Below, one piece after another: positions 36,567-47,503 of a stretch of 64,000 nucleotides of DNA. Position 1 is the stretch's first letter. Every line of letters begins with the position of its first letter. The position numbers were made by a program, and so were the translations under genes. Location: assembly GCA_965223335.1 (NCBI GenBank), contig OZ244991.1:1641856-1705855 (forward strand). The letters run 5' to 3'. A model generated the notes under the pieces. The model made no database searches. It worked only from the letters and a program-made list of their open reading frames with translations, and was not told the origin of the DNA. The stretch is from Thermodesulfobacteriota bacterium. GTDB lineage: Bacteria > Desulfobacterota_D > UBA1144 > Nemesobacterales > UBA2774.

Positions 36567-37829
36567 ATGTTAAAAAGGATTTTTATAATATTTTCATTTG
36601 CTCTTCTATCATTTTCATTAAGTTCAGGGGCACAGATTGTTTTACCCCCTGTTTCAGGCCCGATAATAGAAAAACTGCCCATAGTCGTAACCAATCTGAC
36701 CAGTGTTGGGGCAGCTGACCAAAAGGCAGACGAGTTCATAGATGTGTTTGTGAACGATCTGCGCAACGCTGCATTGTTCGAAGTAAGCACAGGCAATATC
36801 TCGGGCACGGGCAGCGATAACATTAATTTCCAGAGTTTATCGACCAGCGGGGCCGAGTACCTTGTGACCGGGCAGTACCAATCCACAGGAAGCAGGATCA
36901 AATTTGCCGTAAGACTCTTTGATGTCAAAGATGGCAAACCGATCCTGGGCCGCTCCTACGAGGCCAGCTCGGGCAGGGTGCGCGAGGCCGCCCACAGGTT
37001 TGCCAACCAGGTGATGAAGGAACTAACAGGCATTGACGGCTTCTTCACATCCAAGATCGCTTTTGTACTCGGCAGCAAAAGAAACAGGAATCTATTTTTG
37101 ATGGATTACGACGGATTCAACATACGACAGCTCACCAAACACAGCTCCTTAATGATGTCGCCTCACTGTTCTCCCAACGGTCAAATGATTGTGTTTAACT
37201 CAGATAAGGTTTGGGATCAGGACCTCTACCTTATTACGCTTGGAGGGAAGGTCACCGAAAAAAGGCTCACCCGTGCATTTAAGCTCGAACAGAGCCCCGA
37301 GTGGTCCCCAAGCGGCGGTCAAATTGCTTTTAGCGCAAACGGCGATATATATGTAGCCAGTGCCAGCGGTAAGGGTGCCAGGAACCTAACCAGGTCCCGC
37401 TCCATCGATGTGTCTCCCACATGGTCTCCCGACGGCAGCAAAATAGCGTTTGTATCGGACCGCTCCGGATCGCCTCAAATATACGTTATGAGTTTGGGCG
37501 GCGGCGGTGCAAAGCGGATCACCTCTGGAGGGTACAGCACCGACCCCTCGTGGTCACCCAGCAGCGAGGTAAACAGGATCGCATTCGTTAAGGTCGAGGG
37601 CAGTGGAGCCAACATATATACGGTCGACCCCTTTGGCGGTAGCGAGCAGAGGCTTACATCGGGGGCAGGCAGAAACGAAAACCCATCGTGGTCTCCCGAC
37701 GGGCACTACATTGCGTTTAGCTCGACCCGTGACGCTGCAAAAAACATCTACCTGATGTATCTAAACGGCGAGAATCAGAAGCGGCTTAGCAAAGGGGGCG
37801 GCAAATCGTTCCCAACGTGGTGTAAGTAA
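36567..37829 (+). CDS. tolB: TolB-family periplasmic protein (TolB N-domain plus WD40-like/PD40 beta-propeller)
   Basis: Signal peptide, TolB-type N-terminal domain and repeated PD40 units (WSPDG..IAF). It is not embedded in a tol-pal cluster in this window, so it could be a paralogue. Confidence 0.7.
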   Translation: MLKRIFIIFSFALLSFSLSSGAQIVLPPVSGPIIEKLPIVVTNLTSVGAADQKADEFIDVFVNDLRNAALFEVSTGNISGTGSDNINFQSLSTSGAEYLVTGQYQSTGSRIKFAVRLFDVKDGKPILGRSYEASSGRVREAAHRFANQVMKELTGIDGFFTSKIAFVLGSKRNRNLFLMDYDGFNIRQLTKHSSLMMSPHCSPNGQMIVFNSDKVWDQDLYLITLGGKVTEKRLTRAFKLEQSPEWSPSGGQIAFSANGDIYVASASGKGARNLTRSRSIDVSPTWSPDGSKIAFVSDRSGSPQIYVMSLGGGGAKRITSGGYSTDPSWSPSSEVNRIAFVKVEGSGANIYTVDPFGGSEQRLTSGAGRNENPSWSPDGHYIAFSSTRDAAKNIYLMYLNGENQKRLSKGGGKSFPTWCK

Positions 37830-37886
37830 TATACGCAAGACAATCGGCAATCGGCCATTCCTACAAAAAGTAAATAGGAGGGTAGA

Positions 37887-38423
37887 GTGAGGCTCTTTGT
37901 AGCAGCCGAGCTTAGTGGAGCGGTACGTAAATCTATCGCCGATTATATCCACGATATAAGTCCCCTATGGGAGGGGGTGAGATGGGAGCGGGAACACAAG
38001 CTCCATATAACACTCAAGTTTTTAGGCAATGTCGAGCACTCCGTTGCAAAATCAGCCAGTGCTATAGTGGGGAATATTACAAAAGAGCACAGCGTGATGA
38101 ATATGAGAAGCACGGGGCTTGGAGGGTTTCCAAATCTAAAACGGCCGCGTGTGCTCTACATAGGACTGTCAGAGAATCAGCATTTAGCCAAACTCCATAG
38201 TGATCTGGAAAACGGGTTAGAGCAAGCGGGTTTCGAAAAAGAAAAACGCATATTCACACCCCACGTAACTATAGGAAGGGTGAAAAATAGAGCCCTTATT
38301 AAAGGCGATATAATAACTATGGATGAGGTCGAATTCGATATTACAAATATAGCAGTTGTCGAGAGCAAGCTTTCAAACAGCGGCTCCGAATATACAAATT
38401 TAGCGCAATTTAATTTGGAATAG
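37887..38423 (+). CDS. thpR: RNA 2',3'-cyclic phosphodiesterase (2'-5' RNA ligase, LigT/ThpR; 2H family)
   Basis: Two HxT/S motifs (HITLKF and HVTIGR) at the expected spacing for a 2H phosphoesterase. Confidence 0.8.
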   Translation: MRLFVAAELSGAVRKSIADYIHDISPLWEGVRWEREHKLHITLKFLGNVEHSVAKSASAIVGNITKEHSVMNMRSTGLGGFPNLKRPRVLYIGLSENQHLAKLHSDLENGLEQAGFEKEKRIFTPHVTIGRVKNRALIKGDIITMDEVEFDITNIAVVESKLSNSGSEYTNLAQFNLE

Positions 38424-38485
38424 TTGTAAAACCGAATACCTCCGTTAATCCGTATACTATATAAACACTCAGTCGAGGTAATAAT

Positions 38486-39037
38486 ATGAAAACATCCACT
38501 AAATTGGCTTTAGCCGTACTGACGATACTGGTCCTGGGCTATGTTTATACTGCTTTTATAACCCCTGTGTCTGCGGATTCCGATCCCCCCAGTTATTCAA
38601 AACACCTTGATAGTATCGATTACGATAGCGAAGACTGGAGGTCCAAGGACAGTACATACTGGAAAAAGGTGCTCACAAAAAAACAGTACGAGGTCTGCAG
38701 GCAGGGCGGCACAGAGTACCCGTTCACTGGTTACTACAATAAATTTTATGAAGATGGTGTATATAGATGCTCAAGCTGTGGAAATGAGCTATTTTCGTCC
38801 GATACAAAGTTCGATTCACGGACCGGGTGGCCGAGCTTTTGGGATCAAATCAGCCCCGAAGCCATAGAGCTTAAGACCGACACGTCTCATGGTATGGTTC
38901 GTACAGAGATTGTGTGCGGCAGGTGCGGTGCACACCTAGGCCACGTGTTTGAGGACGGCCCCAAACCCACAGGCAAGAGGTACTGTGTTAACTCGGTTTG
39001 CCTTCTACACACCGAACCCGTCAGTGCAAAAAAGTAA
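38486..39037 (+). CDS. msrB: Peptide-methionine (R)-S-oxide reductase MsrB with an N-terminal signal/anchor
   Basis: SelR domain with two CxxC pairs (CSSCGNELF and CGRCGAHLGHVFEDG). The N-terminal hydrophobic segment suggests a periplasmic location. Confidence 0.85.
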   Translation: MKTSTKLALAVLTILVLGYVYTAFITPVSADSDPPSYSKHLDSIDYDSEDWRSKDSTYWKKVLTKKQYEVCRQGGTEYPFTGYYNKFYEDGVYRCSSCGNELFSSDTKFDSRTGWPSFWDQISPEAIELKTDTSHGMVRTEIVCGRCGAHLGHVFEDGPKPTGKRYCVNSVCLLHTEPVSAKK

Positions 39038-39308
39038 TATTAACCAATCATTTTCGGGCATCTCCATATCTCTTTAAACTTTGATCTGGATAAAATAATC
39101 TTTTAGACTCGTGGCTATGGGTCATAGTACTGTCATATTGTTATTATTTATACGCCTTATTGGAATCCAAAGAGGAATGAAATCATCTATAGCTTAAGAG
39201 TGAGGGTTGAGAATTCTGAGTTTTGCTAAATTGTGCGCAACGTATTAATAAGTACAATTGGATTCTGTGAGATACGGTTAACAAAATCTTGAGAGAGGGT
39301 AATAAATT

Positions 39309-39953
39309 ATGCTAAAGATATATGGGTCCCCGGTTTCACCCCCTACAAATAAGGTAAGGTTTGTGTCTAATGCACTCGGGCTCGAGCATGAGTTTGTCCG
39401 GGTCAATCTCGCCCAGGGCGAACATAAGACCGAAGATTTCCTTGCACTCAACCCTGTCGGTAAAGTACCTGTTATACAGGATGACGATGTTGTGCTCTTT
39501 GAGAGCAATGCCATTACTAAATACCTGGCACAAAAAACAGGTTCGTCACTTTACCCCACAGACATGGTCCAGAGGGCCCATGTAGATAAGTGGATTGATT
39601 ATTCATCTCTACATATAGGGAGCTGTGTAAACAGTCTTTTTTTCAATAGAGTGTTAGCCCCGTTTTTTCAGGTAGAACCCGATCAAAGAGCGCTCGAGGA
39701 AAACCAGGGATTCCTGGAACGTTTTCTACCTGTAGTAGAGGGCCAATTATCGAATAACAGTTTTTTATGTGGCGACAATATGACTCTCGCGGATTATAAC
39801 CTCTTTGCTATTTTGGATGTAGCAGAGGTTTCTGGACTCGATTTATCGCCCTATCCCAAGCTCGTAGCCTGGCGTAACGGTCTGCAAACAAAAGAGTTTT
39901 ACACTAAATGTCATGAGAACTATGCCCAGGCATTAAAGGCGGTAACAGGATAA
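39309..39953 (+). CDS. Glutathione S-transferase
   Basis: N-terminal thioredoxin-like GST domain (SPPTNKVRF.., PVGKVPVI, ESNAI) and a C-terminal alpha-helical domain. Confidence 0.8.
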   Translation: MLKIYGSPVSPPTNKVRFVSNALGLEHEFVRVNLAQGEHKTEDFLALNPVGKVPVIQDDDVVLFESNAITKYLAQKTGSSLYPTDMVQRAHVDKWIDYSSLHIGSCVNSLFFNRVLAPFFQVEPDQRALEENQGFLERFLPVVEGQLSNNSFLCGDNMTLADYNLFAILDVAEVSGLDLSPYPKLVAWRNGLQTKEFYTKCHENYAQALKAVTG

Positions 39954-39993
39954 TAAAAATATAATATAAATTCTGTTTGAGTTACGGGAACAA

Positions 39994-40698
39994 ATGAGCG
40001 AAGAACTTAATTTCCAGGGTTTTAACAAAAACACATTCAAATTCTTTAAACAGCTTTCTAAGCAGAACACTAAAGACTGGTTCGATGAACACAGGGCCGA
40101 TTACGAGAATAATGTACTCATACCCGCAATGGGGTTTGTCAGCGATATGGGTGCCAAGTTAAGATCCATTACCCCTGATGTAACAGCCATCCCTAAGATC
40201 GATAAATCCATTTTCAGGCTACGCAGAGACACACGGTTTAGCAGCGATAAAACCCCATACAAAACCCACATGGGTATATTCTTTTGGGAGGGTTCGGGCA
40301 AAAAACTCGAGAACCCCGGATACTACGTCCAGCTTAATGGCCGATCCATATTCATAGGCGTCGGGATGCATATGTTCCCCACACACCTGCTCAGAGTCTA
40401 TAGAGATGCTATTGCCGATCCTAAACTCCGAAAGAAGATCGTAAAAGTTATTAAGGGAATAGAGAAAAACGATGCCTACAAAATAAGCGGCAGTCATTAC
40501 AAGCGTGTCCCCAAGGGCTATGACCCCAATACTCCCAATGCGGAGCTCTTTCTGCATAACGGGCTTGCTGCATTTGGGGAATATAAAATCCCTGATTCCG
40601 CGTATTCCTCCGAGTTCATTGATTACTGTTTCGATCATTTCAAGGCGATGGCAGGCATACACAAGTGGTTACATACCATATTCTACAATAGCGATTAA
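39994..40698 (+). CDS. DUF2461 (TIGR02453-like) family protein
   Basis: Size and the N-terminal NTKDWFDEHRADYE motif match my memory of this conserved hypothetical family. Confidence 0.45.
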   Translation: MSEELNFQGFNKNTFKFFKQLSKQNTKDWFDEHRADYENNVLIPAMGFVSDMGAKLRSITPDVTAIPKIDKSIFRLRRDTRFSSDKTPYKTHMGIFFWEGSGKKLENPGYYVQLNGRSIFIGVGMHMFPTHLLRVYRDAIADPKLRKKIVKVIKGIEKNDAYKISGSHYKRVPKGYDPNTPNAELFLHNGLAAFGEYKIPDSAYSSEFIDYCFDHFKAMAGIHKWLHTIFYNSD

Positions 40699-40719
40699 CA
40701 AAGGAGGATTTAATACAAA

Positions 40720-41307
40720 ATGTCAGAGTCTAACGATCAGAGAGAACGACAATATAACGTAGCCGACATTTTCATCGACCGCTGGTCACCCAGAGCCATG
40801 TCGGGTGAGTCTATTACAGACCGGGAACTGATGACTCTATTTGAAGCGGCCAGATGGGCCCCGTCGGCCTTTAATAACCAGCCGTGGCGGTTTTTATACA
40901 CCAAAAGAGATAGTGATAGCTGGGAAACATTTTTTAACCTACTCGCCGAGGGTAATCGGACCTGGGTAAAAAACGCAGCGGTCCTAATGGTTGTTATATC
41001 CAAAAAGACATCCGAGTATAACAATAAACCCGTGAGGACTCACGCATTCGACACCGGTTCTGCATGGGTGAGTCTGGCACTGCAGGGATCAATAAGTGGT
41101 TTGGTTGTCCATGGTATGGCGGGGTTTGATTACGATAAAGCCAAAGAAGATCTGGGGATCCCTGATGACTATAACGTAGAGGCTATGGTGGCGGTGGGGA
41201 GGCCCGGCGATAAAAATGAGCTGCCCGAAAAACTGCGCAATATCGAAAAACCTTCGGGGCGTAAAGAGATAAAAGAGATTGCATTCGAGGACAAATTCCA
41301 AGGCTAA
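40720..41307 (+). CDS. Nitroreductase family protein
   Basis: FMN-dependent nitroreductase fold (RWSPRAM, AARWAPSAFNNQPWRF). Confidence 0.8.
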   Translation: MSESNDQRERQYNVADIFIDRWSPRAMSGESITDRELMTLFEAARWAPSAFNNQPWRFLYTKRDSDSWETFFNLLAEGNRTWVKNAAVLMVVISKKTSEYNNKPVRTHAFDTGSAWVSLALQGSISGLVVHGMAGFDYDKAKEDLGIPDDYNVEAMVAVGRPGDKNELPEKLRNIEKPSGRKEIKEIAFEDKFQG

Positions 41308-41408
41308 TAGAGGTTATGAAGTAGTAACAAACTAATTCCGGTTATGCATTTCGACTAAATCCTCTATACTATTAATCAACTACATACTTAGATGAGGGGG
41401 ATACGTAA

Positions 41409-42344
41409 ATGAGTACCAATGAGAGTGGTAAGCACAGTGAAGAACTATTTCCCCCGCTCCCCATCGAGGAGTGGGAAGATACAAAGAACACACTGCACCT
41501 TTTTATGCAGATAGTAGGCAAGATACGCCTTAAATCTTTTCCCAAGATGAACCATTGGTGGCATGTAACTCTATATGTTGCCCCGCGCGGCCTTACCACG
41601 AGGTCCATACCCTACGACGGTATGATTTTCGAGATCGCGTTTGATTTCATAGATCACAAGCTTGTGATTGTTACCAGTCAAGGAGCGACGCGTTTCATCC
41701 CGCTTAACGGGCTTAATGTGGCCGAGTTTTACAAGAGTTTAATGTCCGAGTTAGCTGACCTGGGTATTGATGTGGATATTGTTGCCGAGCCCTACGATGT
41801 GCCGTTTAGTTCCGAGCCCTTTGCAACCGACACTACGCACGGTACTTACGATGAACAGTTTGTTAATAGGTACTGGCATATACTATTGAATGTCGATAAT
41901 GTGTTCGAGAGGTTCAGGGCCAGGTTTATAGGAAAGAGCACCCCTGTACACCTGTATTGGCACCACGCCGATCTGGCAGTTACCCGGTTCTCCGGCAAGG
42001 AAGCACCGTATCAGAACGAAAATGCAACCAATGCCGATAAAGAGGCATACTCGCACGAGGTAATAAGCTTTGGGTTCTGGGCAGGGGACGAGAACGTACG
42101 TGCACCGGCCTTTTATTCCTATACTTATCCCGAGCCCGAGGGACTTACCACAGAGGAGCTTCTGCCCAAAGAGGCCTTTTGGAACACCGACTCGGGCAGT
42201 GCGATGGCGGTGTTAATGTACGATGACCTCCGCAAGTCCGACTCCCCCGAGGATACGCTGCTAGAGTTCTTGGAGAGCAGTTACAACGCAGGTGCAAAGA
42301 AGGCAAATTGGGATATTGAAGCACTCAGCTTAAAAGGTAGTTAG
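41409..42344 (+). CDS. Conserved hypothetical protein (311 aa, no signal peptide)
   Basis: An ORF with an ordered, non-repetitive sequence. I recall similar proteins from several bacteria but cannot name the family with confidence. Confidence 0.4.
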   Translation: MSTNESGKHSEELFPPLPIEEWEDTKNTLHLFMQIVGKIRLKSFPKMNHWWHVTLYVAPRGLTTRSIPYDGMIFEIAFDFIDHKLVIVTSQGATRFIPLNGLNVAEFYKSLMSELADLGIDVDIVAEPYDVPFSSEPFATDTTHGTYDEQFVNRYWHILLNVDNVFERFRARFIGKSTPVHLYWHHADLAVTRFSGKEAPYQNENATNADKEAYSHEVISFGFWAGDENVRAPAFYSYTYPEPEGLTTEELLPKEAFWNTDSGSAMAVLMYDDLRKSDSPEDTLLEFLESSYNAGAKKANWDIEALSLKGS

Positions 42345-42457
42345 AGAGAGGGAATATTAAAAAGAGCCCAGTATATTCAAGCTATTACGACTTGATCAAA
42401 AACCCAGAGTCCAAAGCGGCACGGTAACCATCTATTTGAGAGATAGGAGTATATCAA

Positions 42458-43123
42458 ATGATCGACCTATACACATCGTCAACCCCAAACGGCAGGAAGA
42501 TCTCGATCATGCTCGAGGAGATCGAGATACCATACACTGTGCACCATGTGAGCCTAAGCAAGTTCGAGCAAAAGGAGCCTTGGTTCCTCGAGATCAACCC
42601 AAACGGCCGTATCCCTGCTATCGTAGACAGGGACAACGACGACTTTGCTGTATTCGAGTCCGGGGCCATACTGATCTATCTGGCCGAGAAAACCGGAAAG
42701 CTCCTACCGCAAGATGTGAAAGGCAGGTCTACTGTTATACAGTGGCTCATGTTCCAAATGGCCGGCATAGGCCCTATGCAGGGGCAGTCCAACGTTTTCT
42801 ACAGGTATGCCCCGGAGAAGATCGAGTACGCGATTAACCGCTACCACAGGGAGACCAAGAGGTTGTATACAGTGTTAGAGAAGAGGCTTACGGACAATGA
42901 ATATTTGGGGGGATCCGAATATTCAATTGCCGATATTGCAACGTATCCCTGGATAGCGCTCCACAAGTGGGCGGGCATTGAGATTGATGACCTGCCGAAC
43001 CTGCGCGAGTGGATGAAGGTAGTACGCCGCCGCCCCGCAGTGAGACGCGGGATGGATATACCGAAATCCAGGAAAAAGAGTCTTAAAGAAGCAGAGGAGA
43101 GGGGATCAAAACTGTTGGTATGA
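42458..43123 (+). CDS. Glutathione S-transferase, Nu-class (YfcG/YghU-like disulfide-bond reductase)
   Basis: [34 protein letters not shown] is typical of the YfcG-like GST N-terminus. Confidence 0.8.
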   Translation: MIDLYTSSTPNGRKISIMLEEIEIPYTVHHVSLSKFEQKEPWFLEINPNGRIPAIVDRDNDDFAVFESGAILIYLAEKTGKLLPQDVKGRSTVIQWLMFQMAGIGPMQGQSNVFYRYAPEKIEYAINRYHRETKRLYTVLEKRLTDNEYLGGSEYSIADIATYPWIALHKWAGIEIDDLPNLREWMKVVRRRPAVRRGMDIPKSRKKSLKEAEERGSKLLV

Positions 43124-43202
43124 TTTAGGGCGGTGCCCTGGTGCAGCGGTCCTATAACTCATCGGTTAAGATTATACGAGCTTATAACGGAGGTGCGTTA
43201 GA

Positions 43203-43964
43203 ATGAGACTAGAGGGTAAAACTGCAATAGTTACTGGCGGTAGCGAGGGGATCGGGAGGGCTACAGCACATATTTTATGCAAGGAAGGTGCTAACGTCGG
43301 CATAATGGCCAGAACCGAGTCCAATCTTGAAAGTGTGGTGGCCGAGGCCGAGGGGCCGGGTGAATTAGTGGCCTATCAGGGCGATGTGTCGGTGGAAGAG
43401 GACATAAAGAGGGTGGTCGAAGATTTTCACTCGCGCTTCGGGCGCATTGATATTCTATTTAATAATGCGGGGATACTCGAGGGCGGTACAGTCGTCACTA
43501 CAACCAGCGAGGTGTGGGACCGCACAATCGATATCAACGTCAAAGGTGTGTTTTTGATGAGCAAATATGTGGTACCGATAATGGCAGAGAACGGAGGGGG
43601 CTCGATCATAAACAACTCCTCAGTGCTCGGCATGGTAGGCATGGAAAACTGTGTCGCATACAATGCGTCTAAAGGAGCTGTGAGACAGATCACTAGGAGC
43701 ATGGCGCTTGACCATTCCAAGCAGAATATACGCGTTAATTCAGTTTGTCCGGGCTACATTAAAACCAAGATGGATGTCGAGTTCATGGGCAACCCGCCCG
43801 ATGCCGAGGAGCAGCTCGACAAGATAGCAGCCGATATGATCCCGCTTGTACGGCGTGCCGAGCCTGAAGAGGTAGGATACGCAGTTTTGTATCTGGCTAG
43901 CGACGATGCCAGGTATGTAACGGGGTCCGACCTGGTCATAGACGGCGGTTGGACGACCTATTAA
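43203..43964 (+). CDS. SDR family NAD(P)-dependent oxidoreductase
   Basis: TGGSEGIGRA Rossmann motif, an NNAG motif and the YNASKGA catalytic Tyr/Lys. Confidence 0.85.
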   Translation: MRLEGKTAIVTGGSEGIGRATAHILCKEGANVGIMARTESNLESVVAEAEGPGELVAYQGDVSVEEDIKRVVEDFHSRFGRIDILFNNAGILEGGTVVTTTSEVWDRTIDINVKGVFLMSKYVVPIMAENGGGSIINNSSVLGMVGMENCVAYNASKGAVRQITRSMALDHSKQNIRVNSVCPGYIKTKMDVEFMGNPPDAEEQLDKIAADMIPLVRRAEPEEVGYAVLYLASDDARYVTGSDLVIDGGWTTY

Positions 43965-44048
43965 ATAGCAGCATCACTTGGGGCACAGGGGTAAAAAGAT
44001 TGCTAAACACAAATACAACTCTTAAGTGGTTTATTACCAAACAGTCAT

Positions 44049-45059
44049 ATGGATCCGATTAGCCAGGGTGTTCTGGGTGCATCACTCCCCCAAAGCGTCT
44101 CCAACCGAAAAGAGATACGAATCGCGGGTGTGGTAGGGTTTTTATCTGCCTTACTGGCCGACCTGGATATCCTGATTCGTTCGTCCACCGACCCTCTGCT
44201 TGTGATCGACTATCACAGGCACTTTACCCATGCTCTTGCGTTCATACCAATTGGGGGACTAATCGCAGCCTCAGTGCTTTGGGTGTTTCTGAGAAAGCGG
44301 ATGGGCTTTTTGCGCATCTATATCTATGCGACCCTCGGTTACGCAACAGCCGGGCTTCTGGATGCCTGCACGAACTATGGCACAAGGGTGTTTTGGCCAT
44401 TTTCCGATGAGAGAGTTGCTTGGAATATAATCTCTATTATCGACCCTATTTTTACTATCACACTATTGGTAATTGTGGTCATTGCATTCATCAGAAAATC
44501 TACAAATATTGCACGTGTGGGAGTATTATTTGCTGTGCTTTATCTCTTGCTCGGCTATGCGCAGCGCGAACGGGCCACAAGTGTGGCTGTTGATCTTGCC
44601 GGGGAGCGGGGACACCGGATAGAGCGGATCTTAGTGCACCCTTCGCTCGGCAATTTGGTGCTCTGGCGTTCGGTATACGAATCCGATGGGCGGTTGTATG
44701 CAGATGCAGTGTGGGTAGGGCCCTTCTCAGATCCCGTTGTCTATGAGGGCGACTCACTTGAGCTCTTTGACCCCGACACAGACTACCCGGGAGCCGACAA
44801 GGACAGCGTGCTTTATAATGACGTGCTTCGGTTTCAGAAGTTTACAGGCGGTTATCTTTCATACCATCCAGACTATCCGAATATTGTAGGCGACATGCGG
44901 TACTCGATCATCCCAAACGGGATTATTCCGCTCTGGGGTATAACTCTGGATACCGAGAACGAGAGTAAACATATTGAGATGCTAAATACCAGGGGTGAGG
45001 TAACGGACGAGAAATGGAACATATTTTTCTCAATGCTCCGTGGGCAGTCTATCGACTGA
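44049..45059 (+). CDS. Membrane-bound metal-dependent hydrolase (DUF457/YdjM-like)
   Basis: An N-terminal polytopic region with conserved His (HRHFTHAL) typical of DUF457, plus a soluble C-terminal extension. Confidence 0.55.
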   Translation: MDPISQGVLGASLPQSVSNRKEIRIAGVVGFLSALLADLDILIRSSTDPLLVIDYHRHFTHALAFIPIGGLIAASVLWVFLRKRMGFLRIYIYATLGYATAGLLDACTNYGTRVFWPFSDERVAWNIISIIDPIFTITLLVIVVIAFIRKSTNIARVGVLFAVLYLLLGYAQRERATSVAVDLAGERGHRIERILVHPSLGNLVLWRSVYESDGRLYADAVWVGPFSDPVVYEGDSLELFDPDTDYPGADKDSVLYNDVLRFQKFTGGYLSYHPDYPNIVGDMRYSIIPNGIIPLWGITLDTENESKHIEMLNTRGEVTDEKWNIFFSMLRGQSID

Positions 45060-45207
45060 GTTGTTTTCTAGCCGGTATGCCTTGATTGCTTGTGATAAAT
45101 TGTATTAACATATTCCTGGTCTGAATTTATTTGTTCTCTTTGGCGAAGCATTTTGAGTAAATGTGGCTGCAATGATTATATATAACTAAATTTCAGGGGA
45201 GGGCACC

Positions 45208-45954
45208 ATGCAATTAAACGAGCTTCAGGAAAAGATGTGCGAGGAGAGCAGGTGGGATTTCACCGACCTAAAGGCGCTATTTCTTAACTGTACTCTCAAA
45301 AAGTCACCTGCTTTATCCCACACCGAGGGTTTAATAAGTATTTCTATAGCTATAATGGAGAAAAACGGCATCTCAGTAGAGCTGCTTAGGCCTGTGGATT
45401 ACGATATTGCTACGGGTGTGTATCCCGATATGACCGAGCACGGCTGGGATAAAGACGACTGGCCCGGGATTTACGAGAAGGTTAAGGAGGCAGAGATAAT
45501 AGTGATCGGGTCCCCTATCTGGCTCGGTGAGAAATCCTCGGTCTGCACACAGGTTATAGAGAGACTCTACTCTACTTCGGGCGATCTAAACCCCCAGGGT
45601 CAGTATGCCTATTACGGGCGAGTTGGCGGGTGCCTCATAACCGGGAACGAAGACGGGGCCAAACACTGCTCAATGAACATATTGTATTCGCTACAGCATA
45701 TAGGATATGTGATCCCTCCTCAGGCCGATGCCGGGTGGCTGGGCGAGGCCGGCCCGGGCCCCTCATACCTGGACCCAGGCTCCGGGGGCCCTGAAAATGA
45801 CTTCACCAATCGTAACACCACTTTTATGACGTGGAACCTCATGCACATGGCCAGGATGATCAAAGACGCAGGTGGGATACCCGCACACGGCAACCAGCGC
45901 TCGGAATGGGACGCGGGGTGCAGGTTTGATTATGAAAACCCCGAGCACAGGTAG
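45208..45954 (+). CDS. Flavodoxin-like fold NAD(P)H-dependent FMN reductase family protein
   Basis: The LNCTLKKSP..SHTEG and IVIGSPIWLG motifs resemble those of NADPH-dependent FMN reductases. The exact start is uncertain. Confidence 0.55.
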   Translation: MQLNELQEKMCEESRWDFTDLKALFLNCTLKKSPALSHTEGLISISIAIMEKNGISVELLRPVDYDIATGVYPDMTEHGWDKDDWPGIYEKVKEAEIIVIGSPIWLGEKSSVCTQVIERLYSTSGDLNPQGQYAYYGRVGGCLITGNEDGAKHCSMNILYSLQHIGYVIPPQADAGWLGEAGPGPSYLDPGSGGPENDFTNRNTTFMTWNLMHMARMIKDAGGIPAHGNQRSEWDAGCRFDYENPEHR

Positions 45955-46007
45955 TATTACTTGATAAATATGCGCATCAACAAAACATAGCACGGGGGGA
46001 GTCGGCT

Positions 46008-46502
46008 TTGCCCATATACGAGTTCTTCTGTAAAAAGTGCAACACGGTCTATAAGTTTTATTCAAGGACAGTAAATACCGAGACCATACCCAAGTGCCCA
46101 AAGTGCAAACGAGTAAAGCTCGAACGCATTTTTTCATCGTTTGCCACCTTAAGCGGTGCCAAAGAAGGGGGTGAAGCTGAGACCCCCGATATTGACGAAT
46201 CCAAGCTCGAAAAAGCAATGTCTATGCTCGAGCGAGAAGTCGACAGAGTGGATGAAGACGACCCCAAACAGACTGCCGAGCTCATGAGAAAACTCACCGA
46301 TGCAACGGGTATGTCCATGGGCCCCGGCATGGAGGAAGCTCTAAGCAGGCTAGAGAGCGGCGAGGACCCTGAGACGATAGAACAGGAGATGGGGGATCTA
46401 CTTGAGGACGAATCCATGCTCTTTGCAAAGAAAAAGAAAAAAGGCGCCAAACACAAGCCAACCTACCCAAAAACAGACGACACACTTTATGAACTGGACT
46501 AA
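46008..46502 (+). CDS. FmdB-family zinc-ribbon protein with an acidic C-terminal tail
   Basis: MPIYEFFCKKC...CPKCK: the CxxC-N-CPxC zinc ribbon of the FmdB family. Confidence 0.7.
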   Translation: MPIYEFFCKKCNTVYKFYSRTVNTETIPKCPKCKRVKLERIFSSFATLSGAKEGGEAETPDIDESKLEKAMSMLEREVDRVDEDDPKQTAELMRKLTDATGMSMGPGMEEALSRLESGEDPETIEQEMGDLLEDESMLFAKKKKKGAKHKPTYPKTDDTLYELD

Positions 46503-46582
46503 CTCTGGGGTATAAAGGCTATAAAAAAAGGGGACATACTCATATAAATATGTCCCCCGTTATGAAATTGGATTTAAAACAA

Positions 46583-47383
46583 TTAATTGCTTTCAGACTT
46601 GAAAATCTCTTTTAGAAATTCCTCCATGGATTTCCACGAGCTCTCATCCGCGTCTTTATCGTATACAAGGGGAATCTCGAATTTTTTAGCGTACTCGTCT
46701 GCTGCAGGGTTGGTAAAGCTATGCCCCACCCCCGGATACACGATCAGTGCATAGTCCACGTCTGCACCGTTCATCTCTTTTCTAAACTCAGCTAACTGCT
46801 CGGGAGTAGTAAATTTGTCGTCTTTACCATGGAGCACCAACACCTTTGCCTTGACACTACCAGGCTCGGGTGTGTGCATGGAAGCAAGGCTCCCGTGAAA
46901 ACTGACCACACCGTCCAGGTCCGTACCCTTTCTGGCCATATGCAGTACCACCCCGCCACCAAAACAGTACCCGATAGCTGCAATCTGATCGGGGTTTACT
47001 GTGGGCTCTGCTTTTAAAAAGTCCATGGCCGCATTAAATCTTTTCTCACCCACGTCCATATTGTTTAGAACTTCCATCATGAATTTGTTGGCGTCGTCGG
47101 GGTGATCTGCCTGTTTGCCGTCCCCGTACATATCTACAGCCAGTGCTGTGTAACCCATCTCCGCCAGCATGTCTGCGCGTTTTCTGGCGTAATCGTTATG
47201 TCCCCACCATTCGTGCACCACTAGCACTCCGGGGCGTTTACCCTCGATGCTGTTGTCGTAGGCCAGATAACCCTTTAGTGTTGTGCCGCTCTCGGTGTAC
47301 TCCACGTCCTTGCCCACTACCTCTGCGTATGATAGTTGGCTTAGAGCAAAAACGGTTAATAAAAGAAGTCCAAAGAATTTCAT
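46583..47383 (-). CDS. Dienelactone hydrolase family protein (secreted alpha/beta hydrolase)
   Basis: Signal peptide, a GYCFGG nucleophile elbow and DLH-like topology. Confidence 0.8.
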   Translation of the reverse strand: MKFFGLLLLTVFALSQLSYAEVVGKDVEYTESGTTLKGYLAYDNSIEGKRPGVLVVHEWWGHNDYARKRADMLAEMGYTALAVDMYGDGKQADHPDDANKFMMEVLNNMDVGEKRFNAAMDFLKAEPTVNPDQIAAIGYCFGGGVVLHMARKGTDLDGVVSFHGSLASMHTPEPGSVKAKVLVLHGKDDKFTTPEQLAEFRKEMNGADVDYALIVYPGVGHSFTNPAADEYAKKFEIPLVYDKDADESSWKSMEEFLKEIFKSESN

Positions 47384-47503
47384 TTATATTCCTCCCTTTT
47401 GTGTTTGTTTTAGTATCATTCATTGATAAATGATAGACTAGTTGTTGTCAAGACATAGTTCATGGTTAGCTATATAGATTTCAAGTTACATTCTTAGACA
47501 CAT

